A DNA stretch of 64,000 nt, from positions 21,700,001 to 21,764,000 of the forward strand of contig OZ024751.1 in the NCBI GenBank assembly GCA_964016885.1, given 5' to 3'. This document shows positions 41,276 to 53,443 of this stretch, piece after piece (positions within the stretch are counted from its first letter, which is position 1; each line of letters opens with the position of its first letter). The position numbers were made by a program, and so were the translations under genes. Under the pieces are notes generated by a model. That model was given only the letters and a program-made list of their open reading frames with translations, was not told where the DNA came from and made no database searches. This stretch comes from Eledone cirrhosa. Lineage: Eukaryota.

Positions 41276-44200
41276 GTTTCCTCTCCCAAATTCACTTACA
41301 AGACATTAGTCATGGATGCAAAGCAAACTTCTTAACCACACATCCTTGACTACACTTGGATTCACAATGTTCATTGATAAATAAATTTCTTAAAAAATAA
41401 AAAAAAACATACCTCTTCAGGTAACACAGTAAGAACCTCCAGTAAAAATGGAAGTTGTTGTGCATTCTGTCCATACCTGTGTAAAAAAAACAAAAATAGA
41501 AACAATTTAGAATATATTTCACAATGATCTGTCTACTAATAAAGATACTATAAACAAGCTGAGAAAAAAACAGGCTATAAGAAGAATCAAATGATTAGGA
41601 CCTGTAGGGAATTTGGATGGTAATAGTTGGGTAAAAAGTGCCAAGGAATCCCAGTGGAAGAAAGCTACAGTTGAGGAAAGCTAAGGAAGATCTGGGCAAA
41701 AGTGGTGAGAGCTGATTAACAGTAGTGAAACTAAAGATAAATATTTGTTTGGTAGAACATCAAGAACTGTGAAGAGAAGAGGTGAGTGAAGATGACAGTA
41801 CAGCAGTACTAACCTCTCGATCAAATCTACGACTGCTCGTTTCCATGTTCCCATCTGTAGTGCAAGATCAGCAACTGCCAGAGATAACTGTAAAAAATAA
41901 AAACACACATATATATATATATATATACTAATTTTAGGTTTAATCAATGCATATAAAATATATATCAATAATGTTTCAGTACAAAGCTCCATGAACATTA
42001 GTTCAGAGCATAAATAATACAAGTTTAAATGATATATAACAAGATATATTGATATATCCTGTTATATAGCATTTAAACTTGGTGTGTGTGTGTGTATATA
42101 TATATATACAATACACTTGGCAGAGTGGTTGGTGTTAGGAAGGGTACCTAGTTTTGTTAAGGGTTTTAGGTGCCCATGCAGTCAAGAGCAGGCACGAACA
42201 CCCTCGACCCTCACTCGCTAGATTTAGTGGAACACCCAGAATGTGACAACTGGAAGGGGAGAGAGAGGGGATTGCACCAGCACAGGTCTGGTACTTCCTT
42301 TATTGACTCTGAAAGAATGAATGGAAAGTGGACATTGTGTTCTGTCTTCAAATCCCGCCAAAGACCAGGAACAAATATCTAAAGCTTTAACAAGCTCTTC
42401 CAAATTGATCACCTGCCACCCATCTAGAAGGGCGGTAAATCTGAATATAAACTGACATGGACAAAGGGTTGGAGGACCTTTTAGTTGTATCAAGGACATG
42501 ACAGCCTCTCTATTGTTGAGCTACATGATGAACGCACGGAGTAAAAGCTTTAAAAATTGTTGGTAACAGAAAGGACATCCAGTCATAGAAAGCTTGCTAA
42601 ACAAAGGGTTGGCAGGACCCTAAGTTGTGTCAAAGACATCACAACCTCTCCTGTGAACACGGTAGAACTTGAGATCATACGTAAGCGAGATAAAAAACCA
42701 CCCACAGGACTATCTGGGACATCAGTGCCTTGCTTCACTACTGACTAGGTCTATATAGACCTGTCCAACACTTGCCAGCAGGAAAGCAGACATTAAAACA
42801 ACAATGATAATTGTTTCTCCTTTAAGCACAAAGCCAAGAATTTGAAGGGGAGGGGAAAGTTGATTAAATCGACCTGAAAGCATTACTTATCGGCCCCATA
42901 AGGATGAAAGGCAAAGCAAACCTGGGTGGGATTTGAACTCAGAACGTAAAGAGCCATAACTCTATGCCGCAAAACATGGTATCCGACGCTCTACCAATAC
43001 CGCCTATCCACCACCCTGATAATGATGATAGACTAGTGACAAGGATCAAAATCAGCCTGAAAAAGACTAAATTCAAAGCCAACAGAAGAAGGTGCATCAA
43101 CAAGTTACCTACCTGAGTTACTATCACAGGTGCAGTTTCTGGATTTATTTTACTGGCATGGTTTAACAATGAATCTCTTAAACACTGAAATATAAATAAA
43201 AAGTGAAATATTAAAATGATATTTCAACATAATGGTAGTTTATGATTTAACAACAAAAAAATATTGAGCTAATGAGGTCGGATGACCAGCTAGAAATTGC
43301 AGCTAAATTTCCCTCAAAATCCCACCTTACTGTCTTAACACTTTTGATGCCAAACTGGCTGAAACTGTCCCTGGTTCTATGATACAAAATTGCTTGTTTT
43401 AAAGTATTAATCCTCATCATCATCGTTTAACATCCATTTTTACATGCTAGCATGGATTAGATGAGTTGTCCTGTTGTTACACAAGTCAGATTATATGACT
43501 GGGTCTTGCTCATACAGAACCGTTTCTATGGCTTGGTTTCTATGGCTGCATGCCTTTCCTAATGCCAACCACACTTACAGTGTAGACTTGGAGCTTTTTT
43601 GTTGTCACATCAATGCAACCGCTTTACAGTGTGGGCTGGGTGCTGGGGTGTAAGGTCATGAGTGAAGGGTGGGGTTGTTGTGACGTGGGAAGTGTATGGA
43701 AAGGAGAGGGGACAAAAAAACCTATCATAATTTTATGTAAAAAATGTTTAAGTTATATTCCAAACACTAGCTTATAGAGTAAGTTAGTTAAAATGTATTA
43801 CTAAATCTGTCCAAATACTTGATTATTTTCAAAATTATCTGAAAACTATAGGCAGTTTTTTTTTATTAAAATATAATAAATGGCGTGGCTAACAAATGTT
43901 GTACTTACTGTATGTGATGATGCTGGCAATTCATGAAAGAAACATTGTATCTGTAAAATAAAATACAATAGACATCATTAACAGTCATCAATTAACCCTT
44001 TGGATACTAAACCACCTGAAACTACCCCTCATTCTACAATACAAAACTGTTTATTTCAAAGTGTTTATATTTATCTAAAAACCTTCCATCATAATTTTAT
44101 GACAGAACATTTGTTAAATTATGCTCCAAACACGAATTTAATAAGAAAGTTAGATATATTATAAAATACTTCCAATTAAAAAATTAATTGAAAATCATAG

Positions 44201-46124
44201 GTAGTGTCTTTCATCAGAAATATGGTAATGAAAGAGTTAAGGTAGTTGACACCTTTCTCTGTTTTCACCAGCCTCTTTAGCACATCTTTTTACACCTTTC
44301 TCCCTTTCACTCTTATCATCAACATTTAACATCCGTTTTCCCTGCTAACAATGGTTGGACAGGTCATCACAGACCAAGTCACTACTTAATTGGAACTACT
44401 GACCTCTCAGATGAGCCAGGCGCTGCATCTTGCTTACATACATTTCTACAGAGTGTACTCAGTGCATTCTATTGTAGTACCAACACTAGGGAGATTGCCA
44501 TGTCTTTGACATAACTTATGTCACTCAACCCTTTTGTTGGGCAAGTTTTCTATGGCTGAATAGAACTATTACTAACCACTTTACACAGTGTACTCTCTCT
44601 CTATCTCTCTCACTAACATGTCTTTCGACATCACTCTCCCTCTCTCTCTCTCTCTCTGTATATATATATATCATGTGCTTTTCCATATTCCACAAGCAAC
44701 AACAATAATAAAAAAAACAATTATATCATAGAAGAGTAATTTTAGCCATCTAAATAAAAACATAAAATGACAGTTGTAGTCATTTTTCATTAATTTCAAT
44801 GTTAAAAATATTCAACACACTCTCTGCAACATTGTCAATTCATATGAAACTATGTTAATGACCAGATTACAGAGTTTGGGATTCAACACAAAATAAATGA
44901 AAAGTGAATATAAAGTGAACTTCATTTTTGTGTTTTGAAAAATGTCTTTCTTCTGTGATTACTTTTATCAAGATAAAAAAAATTACCAGCGCTCCATTAG
45001 CCAACTTTTTCTTCCCACAAAAAAATAATAGGCTAAAACTCCGCCTTCATATAATTGCTTCATTTTCAGCACATGTTCTCAAGTTAAGTCACTTACCAAA
45101 GAATAAAACTACAGGTGGATAATAGAAAAAAAAAAAGCCTAGAAAAAAATTGTTTTACAATCTAAAAAAAACCTGTGTTATTTTTTTTTTTATCAAGTAG
45201 CAGAGAAAGTAACAATAAAAATCCTGTAGAAAATCGTTAACGACATTAATATTTCTTGTTATTATAAAGATCAACTTTCTGATAGAATATAATCCATAAC
45301 AGTTTATGTAATAACAACAATAATAATGGTTTCTGATTTAGGCATAAAGGGAACAATTTTTGTGGGGGGAGAGGAAAGCCAATTAAATCTACCTGTGTTA
45401 CTGGTACTTTATTTTACCCCTTCCCTCCATAAGGATGAAAGGCAAAACTAATCTCGGCAGGGTTTGAACTCAGAACATAAAGTGACATGTTGCTGAAGCA
45501 TGGAACAAACTCCCTGCATCAGTTATTAGCTGTTGAGACACTGCATCCTTTAAAACCCTCCATGCTTCCTGAGATTCGCCAACACTACACCTAATATTCC
45601 CCCTCCATACACACGCACACATGTATATCATGACTCATACACTATTCACTTCCCTGACATTTGTATATTATTCTATGTACTATACATGCACCTTTGACGA
45701 GTTGTAGTGCACCTGAGCACTGTACACAATAATTTCATTATTATTATATAACTTCTATATGCCACAAAGCATGTACTACACTTTACCAATATTGCTAATC
45801 CAACACCCTTAAAATAACGGTTTCTTATTTAAGCACAAGGCCAGCAATTTGAAAGGAAGCAGAAAGCTGTTTAAATTGACCCTAGTAAGGATGAAAGGCA
45901 GAGCTAACCTCGGTGGGATTTGCATTCAGAACGTAAAGGGACGTAACTATATGCCACAAAGCATGTTGTTCGATGCTCTAACGATTCTACTGCCAATCCA
46001 CTGCCCTCACTGTACAAAATCATAAGACACAAACCTTTGTCCTCATTGTTTGAGCAGCAAAATAACAGGATTCAAGATCCCGATTGACAGTTAGAAGTTG
46101 GTCAGCAACTTGCCAAGCAAAAAC
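23300..46124 (-). CDS. TNPO3: Transportin-3 (importin-beta family SR-protein import receptor), 26 coding exons; first exon outside window
   Basis: Exons: 46035-46124, 43909-43950, 43113-43184, 41814-41887, 41413-41476, 40673-40765, 39717-39860, 38896-38970, 38461-38561, 37187-37262, 36225-36287, 35428-35574, 35031-35138, 34190-34287, 33105-33241, 32445-32636, 31855-31946, 30625-30710, 29239-29299, 28600-28740, 27318-27434, 26427-26521, 25385-25541, 24892-25059, 23881-23993, 23300-23360. Total 2667 nt in frame, all GT-AG. TNPO3 motifs: [79 protein letters not shown]-terminal RLFR*. Confidence 0.97.
23481..23708. mobile_element. Second, older TTAA-flanked MITE family
   Basis: TTAACCCTTT..CTGGTTCTA..AAAGGGTTAA; diverged relatives at ~795-1050, 27546-27770, 35600-35810 and 43993-44240. 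Confidence 0.55.
23881..23993 (-). CDS. TNPO3: TNPO3 exon
   Basis: [37 protein letters not shown]. Confidence 0.94.
24892..25059 (-). CDS. TNPO3: TNPO3 exon
   Basis: [47 protein letters not shown]. Confidence 0.94.
25385..25541 (-). CDS. TNPO3: TNPO3 exon
   Basis: [30 protein letters not shown]. Confidence 0.94.
26427..26521 (-). CDS. TNPO3: TNPO3 exon
   Basis: [31 protein letters not shown]. Confidence 0.94.
27318..27434 (-). CDS. TNPO3: TNPO3 exon
   Basis: [39 protein letters not shown]. Confidence 0.94.
28600..28740 (-). CDS. TNPO3: TNPO3 exon
   Basis: [47 protein letters not shown]; AAG acceptor. Confidence 0.93.
29239..29299 (-). CDS. TNPO3: TNPO3 exon
   Basis: [20 protein letters not shown]. 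Confidence 0.92.
29984..30108. repeat. 32-bp minisatellite, about 4 copies
   Basis: Unit agacagaccaggccataaggtgtccactaggc. Confidence 0.9.
30625..30710 (-). CDS. TNPO3: TNPO3 exon
   Basis: [28 protein letters not shown]. Confidence 0.92.
31855..31946 (-). CDS. TNPO3: TNPO3 exon
   Basis: [31 protein letters not shown]. Confidence 0.92.
32445..32636 (-). CDS. TNPO3: TNPO3 exon
   Basis: [28 protein letters not shown]. Confidence 0.93.
33105..33241 (-). CDS. TNPO3: TNPO3 exon
   Basis: [45 protein letters not shown]. Confidence 0.93.
34190..34287 (-). CDS. TNPO3: TNPO3 exon
   Basis: [32 protein letters not shown]. Confidence 0.92.
35031..35138 (-). CDS. TNPO3: TNPO3 exon
   Basis: [36 protein letters not shown]. 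Confidence 0.93.
35428..35574 (-). CDS. TNPO3: TNPO3 exon
   Basis: [27 protein letters not shown]. Confidence 0.94.
36225..36287 (-). CDS. TNPO3: TNPO3 exon
   Basis: [21 protein letters not shown]. Confidence 0.92.
37187..37262 (-). CDS. TNPO3: TNPO3 exon
   Basis: [25 protein letters not shown]. Confidence 0.92.
38461..38561 (-). CDS. TNPO3: TNPO3 exon
   Basis: [33 protein letters not shown]. Confidence 0.92.
38896..38970 (-). CDS. TNPO3: TNPO3 exon
   Basis: [25 protein letters not shown]. Confidence 0.92.
39225..39441. repeat. ~113-bp tandem duplication in a TNPO3 intron
   Basis: tttgtttgttgaaggtttcatttaaataattgctacaaccactgagatctgcactc...gctaaaagtttaatgcctaaaa occurs twice. Confidence 0.85.
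39717..39860 (-). CDS. TNPO3: TNPO3 exon
   Basis: [32 protein letters not shown]. Confidence 0.92.
40021..40157 (+). mobile_element. Short repeat with a degenerate hammerhead motif; inverted relative at ~29830-29960
   Basis: ctgataa..ggactcgtaccc-gaaa-tgtta-agactcttttcct. The reverse complement of 29830-29950 (ctgatga-cgggg..ctcc-aaat..gagactcttttcctg..ttgttatttctgtttac) aligns along its length. Confidence 0.5.
40673..40765 (-). CDS. TNPO3: TNPO3 exon
   Basis: [31 protein letters not shown]. Confidence 0.92.
41413..41476 (-). CDS. TNPO3: TNPO3 exon
   Basis: [21 protein letters not shown]. Confidence 0.92.
41814..41887 (-). CDS. TNPO3: TNPO3 exon
   Basis: [24 protein letters not shown]. 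Confidence 0.92.
43113..43184 (-). CDS. TNPO3: TNPO3 exon
   Basis: [24 protein letters not shown]. Confidence 0.92.
43909..43950 (-). CDS. TNPO3: TNPO3 exon
   Basis: [18 protein letters not shown] flanks. Confidence 0.88.
46035..46124 (-). CDS. TNPO3: TNPO3 exon
   Basis: [34 protein letters not shown] flanks. Confidence 0.93.
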
Positions 46125-47293
46125 CTGCAAAAAAAAAAGAAGAAATAAAATAAAACCATCATCATCTTCATCATCATTTTATGTTATTCATTTTCCCTGC
46201 TAACAGAGGCTGAATGTATGTAAAGAAAAATAAATAAATACAGGTAACAGTGAAACCCTAATCAGGCAAGCCTATGATCAAAGATACCAACCCACATGTG
46301 ACCAATCATTATCATCATCATAATTTAACGTTGTCCATTTTGCCTGCTAACAGGGGCTGGACATATTTAAAGAAGAAGGAATAAATAAAGATAACAGCCT
46401 CCCAACACCAGGACCACCACCACAACCAGCACCAAATGTTGAGAAAAAGGAAAATATAGCATATGTTAAAAAAAATATCTACAAAGAATTTTTTGTTTAG
46501 CAGCAGTGAAGCTCTGATCAAGCAGGCCTATGATCAAAAGTGTTCTAGTCTTTGATACCAACCCACATGAGACCAAGCTTTGTAATCATCATCACTTTTA
46601 TGTCCACTTTTCTATGCTGGCAAAGGATTGGACAAGCAATGTTTTACAGTTGAATGCCCTTCCTAATGCCAACCCTTTTAATCACCTCTGATGACATGCA
46701 AGGATTTGGTGTACGTATTCTAAAAACTAGGATACACATAGTTCTATAATATAAAAACATTCTAATACCACTCCTGGTTCTATGATACAAAACTGTTAGT
46801 TTTAAAGTGGTTACATTTATAAACCTTCTATCATAATTATGTGTAAAAACATTCATTTCTACAGCTAGATGCTGTTTATTGTAAATCTGGCAACACCAAT
46901 TTAGAGGGAGAACTGTGTGCATTTTTTCATAGCACCAGCGCTACCGCATTACTATACTAGGGTGTTCAATGTGTCCATAGTCTACCCAGTCTACCCTGGT
47001 AGTAGCTCGTTTCAGAGCCACAATAAAAATCACTCAGTCTATTCAGCTATAGAAATCAAGCTGAAATACAAATCCATATGAACATGACATGGTCTCCCAT
47101 AACGCAAGAACTCATCTAACACATGCAAGTGTAGAAAAATAGATATTAAATGATGATGATGATATATATATAAAATATTTTTTTACGACACATGTAGAAT
47201 TCATGCCAAACATGGAAGTATGAGTAAGATGTGGTTCTCCCAGACCTATCTAGTTTCTGACTGTTACAAATCATCCAGCCCTTGCAAGCACAG

Positions 47294-47606
47294 ATAAAGT
47301 AGTGTTATTTGAAGGCTATGACAATGCAAAATAGACAGTAGATTTTGGAATAAATTGAAGACAACAAAGATATTAAGAGTCTCACCTGTTATAGGCTCGC
47401 CATTTTGTTAGCGAGCCTATAACAATGAAAGCACAAACTCCGAGTCAGTTTCTTATTATATTCTGACAAGGGTTTTTAGACCCGAAATATTAGGACGGCT
47501 AAATAAAATAACAGATGTCAAACCAGCATCGTTGTTGCCTTCAATTTTTCCAAAATCTACCATCCATTTTGTATTGTCATAGACTTCAAATAACACAGTA
47601 CTTTAT
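47294..47606. mobile_element. Element with ~78-bp inverted arms enclosing a perfect 14-bp hairpin and a degenerate hammerhead motif
   Basis: 47294-47371 is the reverse complement of 47528-47606. Hairpin tgttataggctcgc/gcgagcctataaca at 47387-47424; ctgacaa-gggt(ttttag)accc-gaaa-tatta at 47463-47492. Confidence 0.55.
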
Positions 47607-48564
47607 ACACTAACACAGTGCTTCAAGTAAACTGCAACACTTTCTTATATATAAGGACTTGTAACTACTGATAGAGTCGTAGGAGCACTGTAGTGACATC
47701 CATCATTTCTTTGCCATTTTAAAGCCGGCGGAGCCCATCCCTTCTTCAGGTGCAAGCAAGGAAAGCGGATGTAAAATGATAAATTACTCAACATTTATTC
47801 AAACCATACCTTTATCAAGGTTGTAATTGGAAACCAGTTATTTTACTATGCTTCAAATTGTCATTGATTTTCAAACCGGTAACTTTCACAACCTTTGTCA
47901 GAACATCTGCTGTCTTATTGCTATTTTATTATGTCGGATAATAAACTCTACACACCTAGCCGGAACTAGGTGTACACTTTTGATGGAACACGGAAAATAT
48001 ATAAGCTAATACGGATCATCATCATCATCATCATCACCCTTTAATGTTCAAACCGGCCGGAATTCTCTACCCTTTTCTGTTGAAACTGGCTGTAACTGGT
48101 CACTCATACTGATGTTAAGGTATAGTTCTCAAAATAAATACTTTCAAAATCTCATAGATTCGATATTATGTGAGATAAAGCCTTTACCATGAAAATATAA
48201 TAGTATATATAGAGTAATGTGAATGCTAAAGGGTTAACATCAATTTTCCATGTTTGCATGGGTTAGACAGGTTGTCTTGTACTGAGGCTAAATAGAATGT
48301 CATGTACTGAAGTTAGACTACTCAGGAGACTATGTACTCCTTGTACACTCCCTTTTTGGCTTGGTTTCTGCAGCTAGATGCTCTTCCTAATGCCAACCAC
48401 TTTTTAGTGTATACTGGGAGCGTTTTACCATATAACCAGGCACTACTTCATTACAACACAAGGGCAAGGTTGGTCACACGAGCCCCTGATCTAGTTACAG
48501 CAACTACAGCAGAGCTTCAATGACTATTCATAGCAATCACTTAATACAGTAATACAAACTGGTA

Positions 48565-48782
48565 TTAACCCTTTAGCATTTACATTACTCTATATATACT
48601 ATTATATTTTCATGCTAAAGGCTTTACTTCACATAATTATCTTACATAATATCGAATCTATGAGATTTTGAAAGTATTTATTTTGAGAACAATACCTTAA
48701 CATCAGTATGACTGGCCAGTTACAACCAGTTTCAACAGAAAGAGGTAGAGAATTCCGGCCGGTTTGAACATTAAAGGGTTAA
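48565..48782. mobile_element. piggyBac-like MITE copy
   Basis: TTAA CCCTTT..AAAGGG TTAA. Confidence 0.8.
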
Positions 48783-49028
48783 ACATGCAAACACACATAC
48801 AAATAAATACATACACATAATCGCATATGTATACTCACATACATGTATAATCATATACGAGGATAGGCTGACTATGAAGGAGCGATGCTAGAGCTGTAAA
48901 ATCTTGCATGCATTAAATAACTACAATGTTTCTTTCCAGGGACTATAGTGAAAAATGAACCTCATTTGGTCACTCCATGAGAATATCTTGGTTAGCTTAT
49001 GAAGTTTTCAGCCAACCCATGTGTATAT

Positions 49029-49366
49029 CATCATTTCATCATCATCATTTTACGACCGCTTTTCCCTGCTTGCAGGGGTGGGATGGGAACTGATTCTGGA
49101 TTGATTTCTACAGCTGGATGCCTTTCCTAACACCGACCTCATTTACAGTGAGTACTGGGTGCATTTTTTCCGTGGCGCCTGCATGACCACTTTGCAGTGG
49201 AATGATAGGGACCCCAGTCCTAACATCTCATTTCTACAGCTGAGTAAACCGGAGCAATGTGAAATAAAGTGTCTTGCTCAAGGAAACAACACATCACCTG
49301 GTCTGGTCTAAGAATTGAACTCACAACCTTTCGATTGCAAGGCCAATGCTCTAACCACTAAGCCTT
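49029..49366 (-). mobile_element. CORE-like SINE copy
   Basis: Same family. Confidence 0.8.
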
Positions 49367-49699
49367 CATATATATATCCTACCTATGCTAGCGTGGAAAA
49401 TGGACATTAAATGATGATGTATACACTCATAAATGCATGTACATACAAATTATTATAGGAACATGCACTAACACACATGCCTGATTATGCATCTGAGCAT
49501 AAATTTGTAGCTGACGTAAACAATGTTTTCTTCATCTTATTCATAAATACACTCAATCATTCTTTCTCTGTCACACACACACACACACACACACACATTT
49601 CATACACCTACAGGTACTTAGTTACACATACGCATATTTGTAAAGACTCATGCTCTTACTGTAACACAGACACACCCATGAAATTACCCATCCATGCTT

Positions 49700-50110
49700 A
49701 CAAATATACGCACACATCCACCCAGTCATAGTTACCAACATACAAACACAGTAACATTTACCAACATACACATATATCCACTCTTATCAACACACATCCA
49801 CAATTACCAACACATCCACAATCATCAAGTCACACACACACCACACACATTCACAATTACTAAGTCACACACACCAACACACACACCAACATCCATCCAT
49901 AATTACTAAGTCATACAGATACAGACACACACACATCCACAATTACCAAATCATACACATACAAAGACACCAATACATACACACATAGCCACGATTACCA
50001 AGTCATACACATGTAGACATGCGCTAACACATGCATTCATAGATACCAACATACACTCAGACATAGATACCAAACTGCAAATACATCCACAATTAACAAC
50101 ACACACATAT
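49700..50110. repeat. CA-rich degenerate minisatellite
   Basis: Recurring cacatccacaattaccaa/gtcatacaca units. Confidence 0.75.
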
Positions 50111-50940
50111 CATCATCATCATCATCATCATCATCGTTTAACATCCATCTTCCACGCTAGCATGGGTTAGACGGGAGTTGTCCCACTTGAGGCAGGGTTG
50201 GTCGAGTGACCGTGTCTTGCTCATTTAGGACTATCTGGCAGGTTTTCTACGGCTGGATGCCCTTCCTAACACCAACCACATTTACATGTGGAACTGGGAA
50301 CTTTTTACCGTGTTACCTACACGGCCACATTACAGTGTGGACTGTGTGTGTGTGTTTTTTTGTCGTGACACCAACACGATCTCTATTTCATTTATTTGGA
50401 CTGGATGTTGTGGTACCAACTTTACAGAGAGAGGGTGGTGTTTGTGGGAGTGGGAGGATAGGGTAGGGGTAGTGGATTGGGGTGTATATTTGGTTAGGAG
50501 GTGCCTACTGACTGTAGGTTTCGCTTTGTACATAGGCAAGGCGGGTCTTCTGTATTACTGCGTAGCGCCAAAGATCTCGGTCCAGTGACATTGTCTTAGA
50601 GAAGTGCAAGTGTGTAAGGTCAGAATTTATCAGATCGTCCCAGGTTTTTCTGGGTCTACCTACTCCGTAACTACCATCAATTTTGATCGCCCTGCACTTT
50701 TTTATGCAGCTGTCGTCTTTCATGCGCATCACGTGGCCATACCAACGTAGTCTTCTCTCAAGTAAACAGCATCTGATCCCTCTTATTCCTAATTTCTCAC
50801 TTAGTTCATTTATGCTTTGCCGTTCACGTATATACTATTACACATCCAACGGAGCATGCATGCTTCGTTCCTTTCCAGTCTGCGCAGGTCCTCTGCACGT
50901 AATGCCCATGTCTCACTGCCATGTAGCATTGCTATTCGTG
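50110..50940 (-). mobile_element. RTE-clade LINE fragment, same family as 11770-12490
   Basis: Near-identical RT C-terminus and 3' UTR. 3'-only copies at 14025-14485, 16408-16670 and 56503-56758. Confidence 0.85.
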
Positions 50941-51471
50941 TATATATAAATATATACACATATTTAGATAAAATGTTGCTTCAGTTATGATAGTTATGAC
51001 ATACAAATCACAAGATTATTATTATTATTGCCAAATCAAATCATACCCCACCCCCAACATCCTGTATTTGGATGGATGGATAGATAGATATAGAGACTTT
51101 ATACAGTGTTCAGCTGTCTGGGTGGTGATGGTCTTGGCAGGATGACACAGAAGCTATTTTCACAGAACTAGGAAAATAACCCCCCCCCCCCCCCCCCCCC
51201 AAAAAAAATAAGTTCGACCCAAATCTACAAGTAATGATGGCTTTTGAAGACAGAAATGAGGTAATAGCAGCTATATGGCTCATTATTATTGCTAGGGCAT
51301 TATTCAAACAACTATTATATAAGCCTTACAATAGTCTTGTTGTCTTCTTTTCAAAAACAAAAACACAATAATAATAATAAAATGAAAAATAAATAAATAA
51401 AATAAAAACTTTTCCCATGTTAGTATGGTGACCTTTTTACTTATGTATGTGTGTGTAAAACAAATAAAATG

Positions 51472-51504
<33 letters not shown>

Positions 51505-51796
51505 CATCATCATCATCATTTTTCGTCCACTTTTCCCTGCTTGCAAGGGTGGGACGGGAACTGATTCTGGCTCGATTTCTACAGCTGGATGCCCTTCCTA
51601 ACACCAACCTCATTTACAGTGAGTGCTGGGTGCTTTTTTGCCGTGGAATGATAGGGACCCCAATCCTATCATCTCATTTCTACAGCTGAGTAAACTGGAG
51701 CAATGTGAAATAAAGTGTCTTGCTCAAGGAAACAACACATCACCCGGTCTGAGAATCGATTGCAAGGCAAATGCTCTAACCACTAAGCCATGTGCC

Positions 51797-51800
<4 letters not shown>
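51505..51800 (-). mobile_element. CORE-like SINE copy
   Basis: Same family, internal deletions. Confidence 0.8.
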
Positions 51801-51843
<43 letters not shown>

Positions 51844-52315
51844 CAGTATTTCCTTTCCCGATCAGTATAAATTAACCGCATAACCACATAAAACATCATT
51901 TAAACGTGGCTATAAGTTTAAAATGTAGTTATGAAGAATTAATAATTATTTAATTAATTCTTCATTGAACCACACCGTGAATGGTTGCCAAACTCATATA
52001 TGTATCTGTGACTTTGTCTAATTATATATATATACCCTTTGAATTTATTATATATATATATATATATTATACCTAATTGAGTATGGTTGATGATATATTT
52101 AATCGATTTCCACGTGCTATTGAAATGCTGGGTAAATATTCTATAGCTGTTGATCGCGAATAGATGGCTGTCGTTTATTTATCTATTATTTCTTCATAGG
52201 TGCCTTTTAATCTTATAGCCTGGTTTAATTGGTTTTTTGTGTGATTGATTATGCTAATTGGGAGAGGAAATGGAGTATATATCTTATCAAATGATTCTAT
52301 GGACATAATTTATAG

Positions 52316-52382
<67 letters not shown>

Positions 52383-52637
52383 TTCTAAGTAAAAAAGTGG
52401 CAGTAACTTCAAATTTTCAGCATGGTTGCTTCATTTGGATACCCAGAATGTTAAGTACAACCATTATATTTTATACAACCTTTCTAATATAAATATTCAT
52501 TTTATTAAGGCTGAATAGTAATTTCTTAATTACCTTATTACCAGTAAGAGAAATAGCTCAATGTATGAACATCAATTGTTTTACAGAGCAGTTAAATAGA
52601 TAAATTATACAATTATCAAAGCTGTGTTCAAATCATT

Positions 52638-52691
52638 TAATAGCTGACAATCGTTTCTTCCAAACTCTCGTTTGGAGTCATCGGAGCATTA
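52638..52691 (-). ncRNA. Hammerhead ribozyme-like motif, left arm of the palindrome
   Basis: Reverse-complement copy of 53390-53443. Confidence 0.7.
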
Positions 52692-53389
52692 TCAATGTTT
52701 GCACATATAATTACCCTCCTATTCAACTGAACAATAATATAGATACATATAAATTGATGTTGTGAGCAACAGTTTCGTATTTACAGGGTGGAATGGATGT
52801 GACATATATTTTACGAGAATTGTATTCAAGTTCAAATTCAAATCAAAATTAAAATTAAAATCAAAAGCACGGAGTGGAATACATGCAACAGTTAAAACAA
52901 GGGAATAGTCCAAATATTAAAGAGGCATTGAGGAAGTAGTTTTGAGAAAGGAAGAGTGCGATAACAATTCATATGCAGGCGTGTGGATAGTGTGACTGCG
53001 TAAGTCATATACATGAGAAGGAGACAAGCAAAGCTATTATGCATATCATTCATCTATATATGCATAATAGCTTTGCTTGTCTCCTTCTCATGTATATGAC
53101 TTACGCAGTCACACTATCCACACGCCTGCATATGAATTGTTATCACACTCTTCCTTTCTCAAAACTGCTTCCTCAATATTTGGACTATTCCCTTGTTTTA
53201 ACTGTTGCATGTATTCCACTCTGTGCTTTTAATTTTGATTTGAATTTGAACTGGAATACAATTCTCGTAAAATATATGTCACATCCATTCCACCCTGTAA
53301 ATACGAAACTGTTGCTCACAACATCAATTTATATGTATCTATATTATTGTTCAGTTGAATAGGAGGTTAATTATATGTGCAAACATTGA

Positions 53390-53443
53390 TAATGCTCCGA
53401 TGACTCCAAACGAGAGTTTGGAAGAAACGATTGTCAGCTATTA
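53390..53443 (+). ncRNA. Hammerhead ribozyme-like motif, right arm of the palindrome
   Basis: UAAUGCU-CCGAUGA-C-UCCAAAC(gaga)GUUUGGA-A-GAAAC-gauu-GUC-AGCUAUUA: stems I and II, GUC triplet, U4C core variant. Confidence 0.7.

Noticed and set aside
52719-53362. Mirror ORFs MDYSLVLTVACIPL..
   Set aside because: By-product of the inverted repeat; no recognisable protein motif
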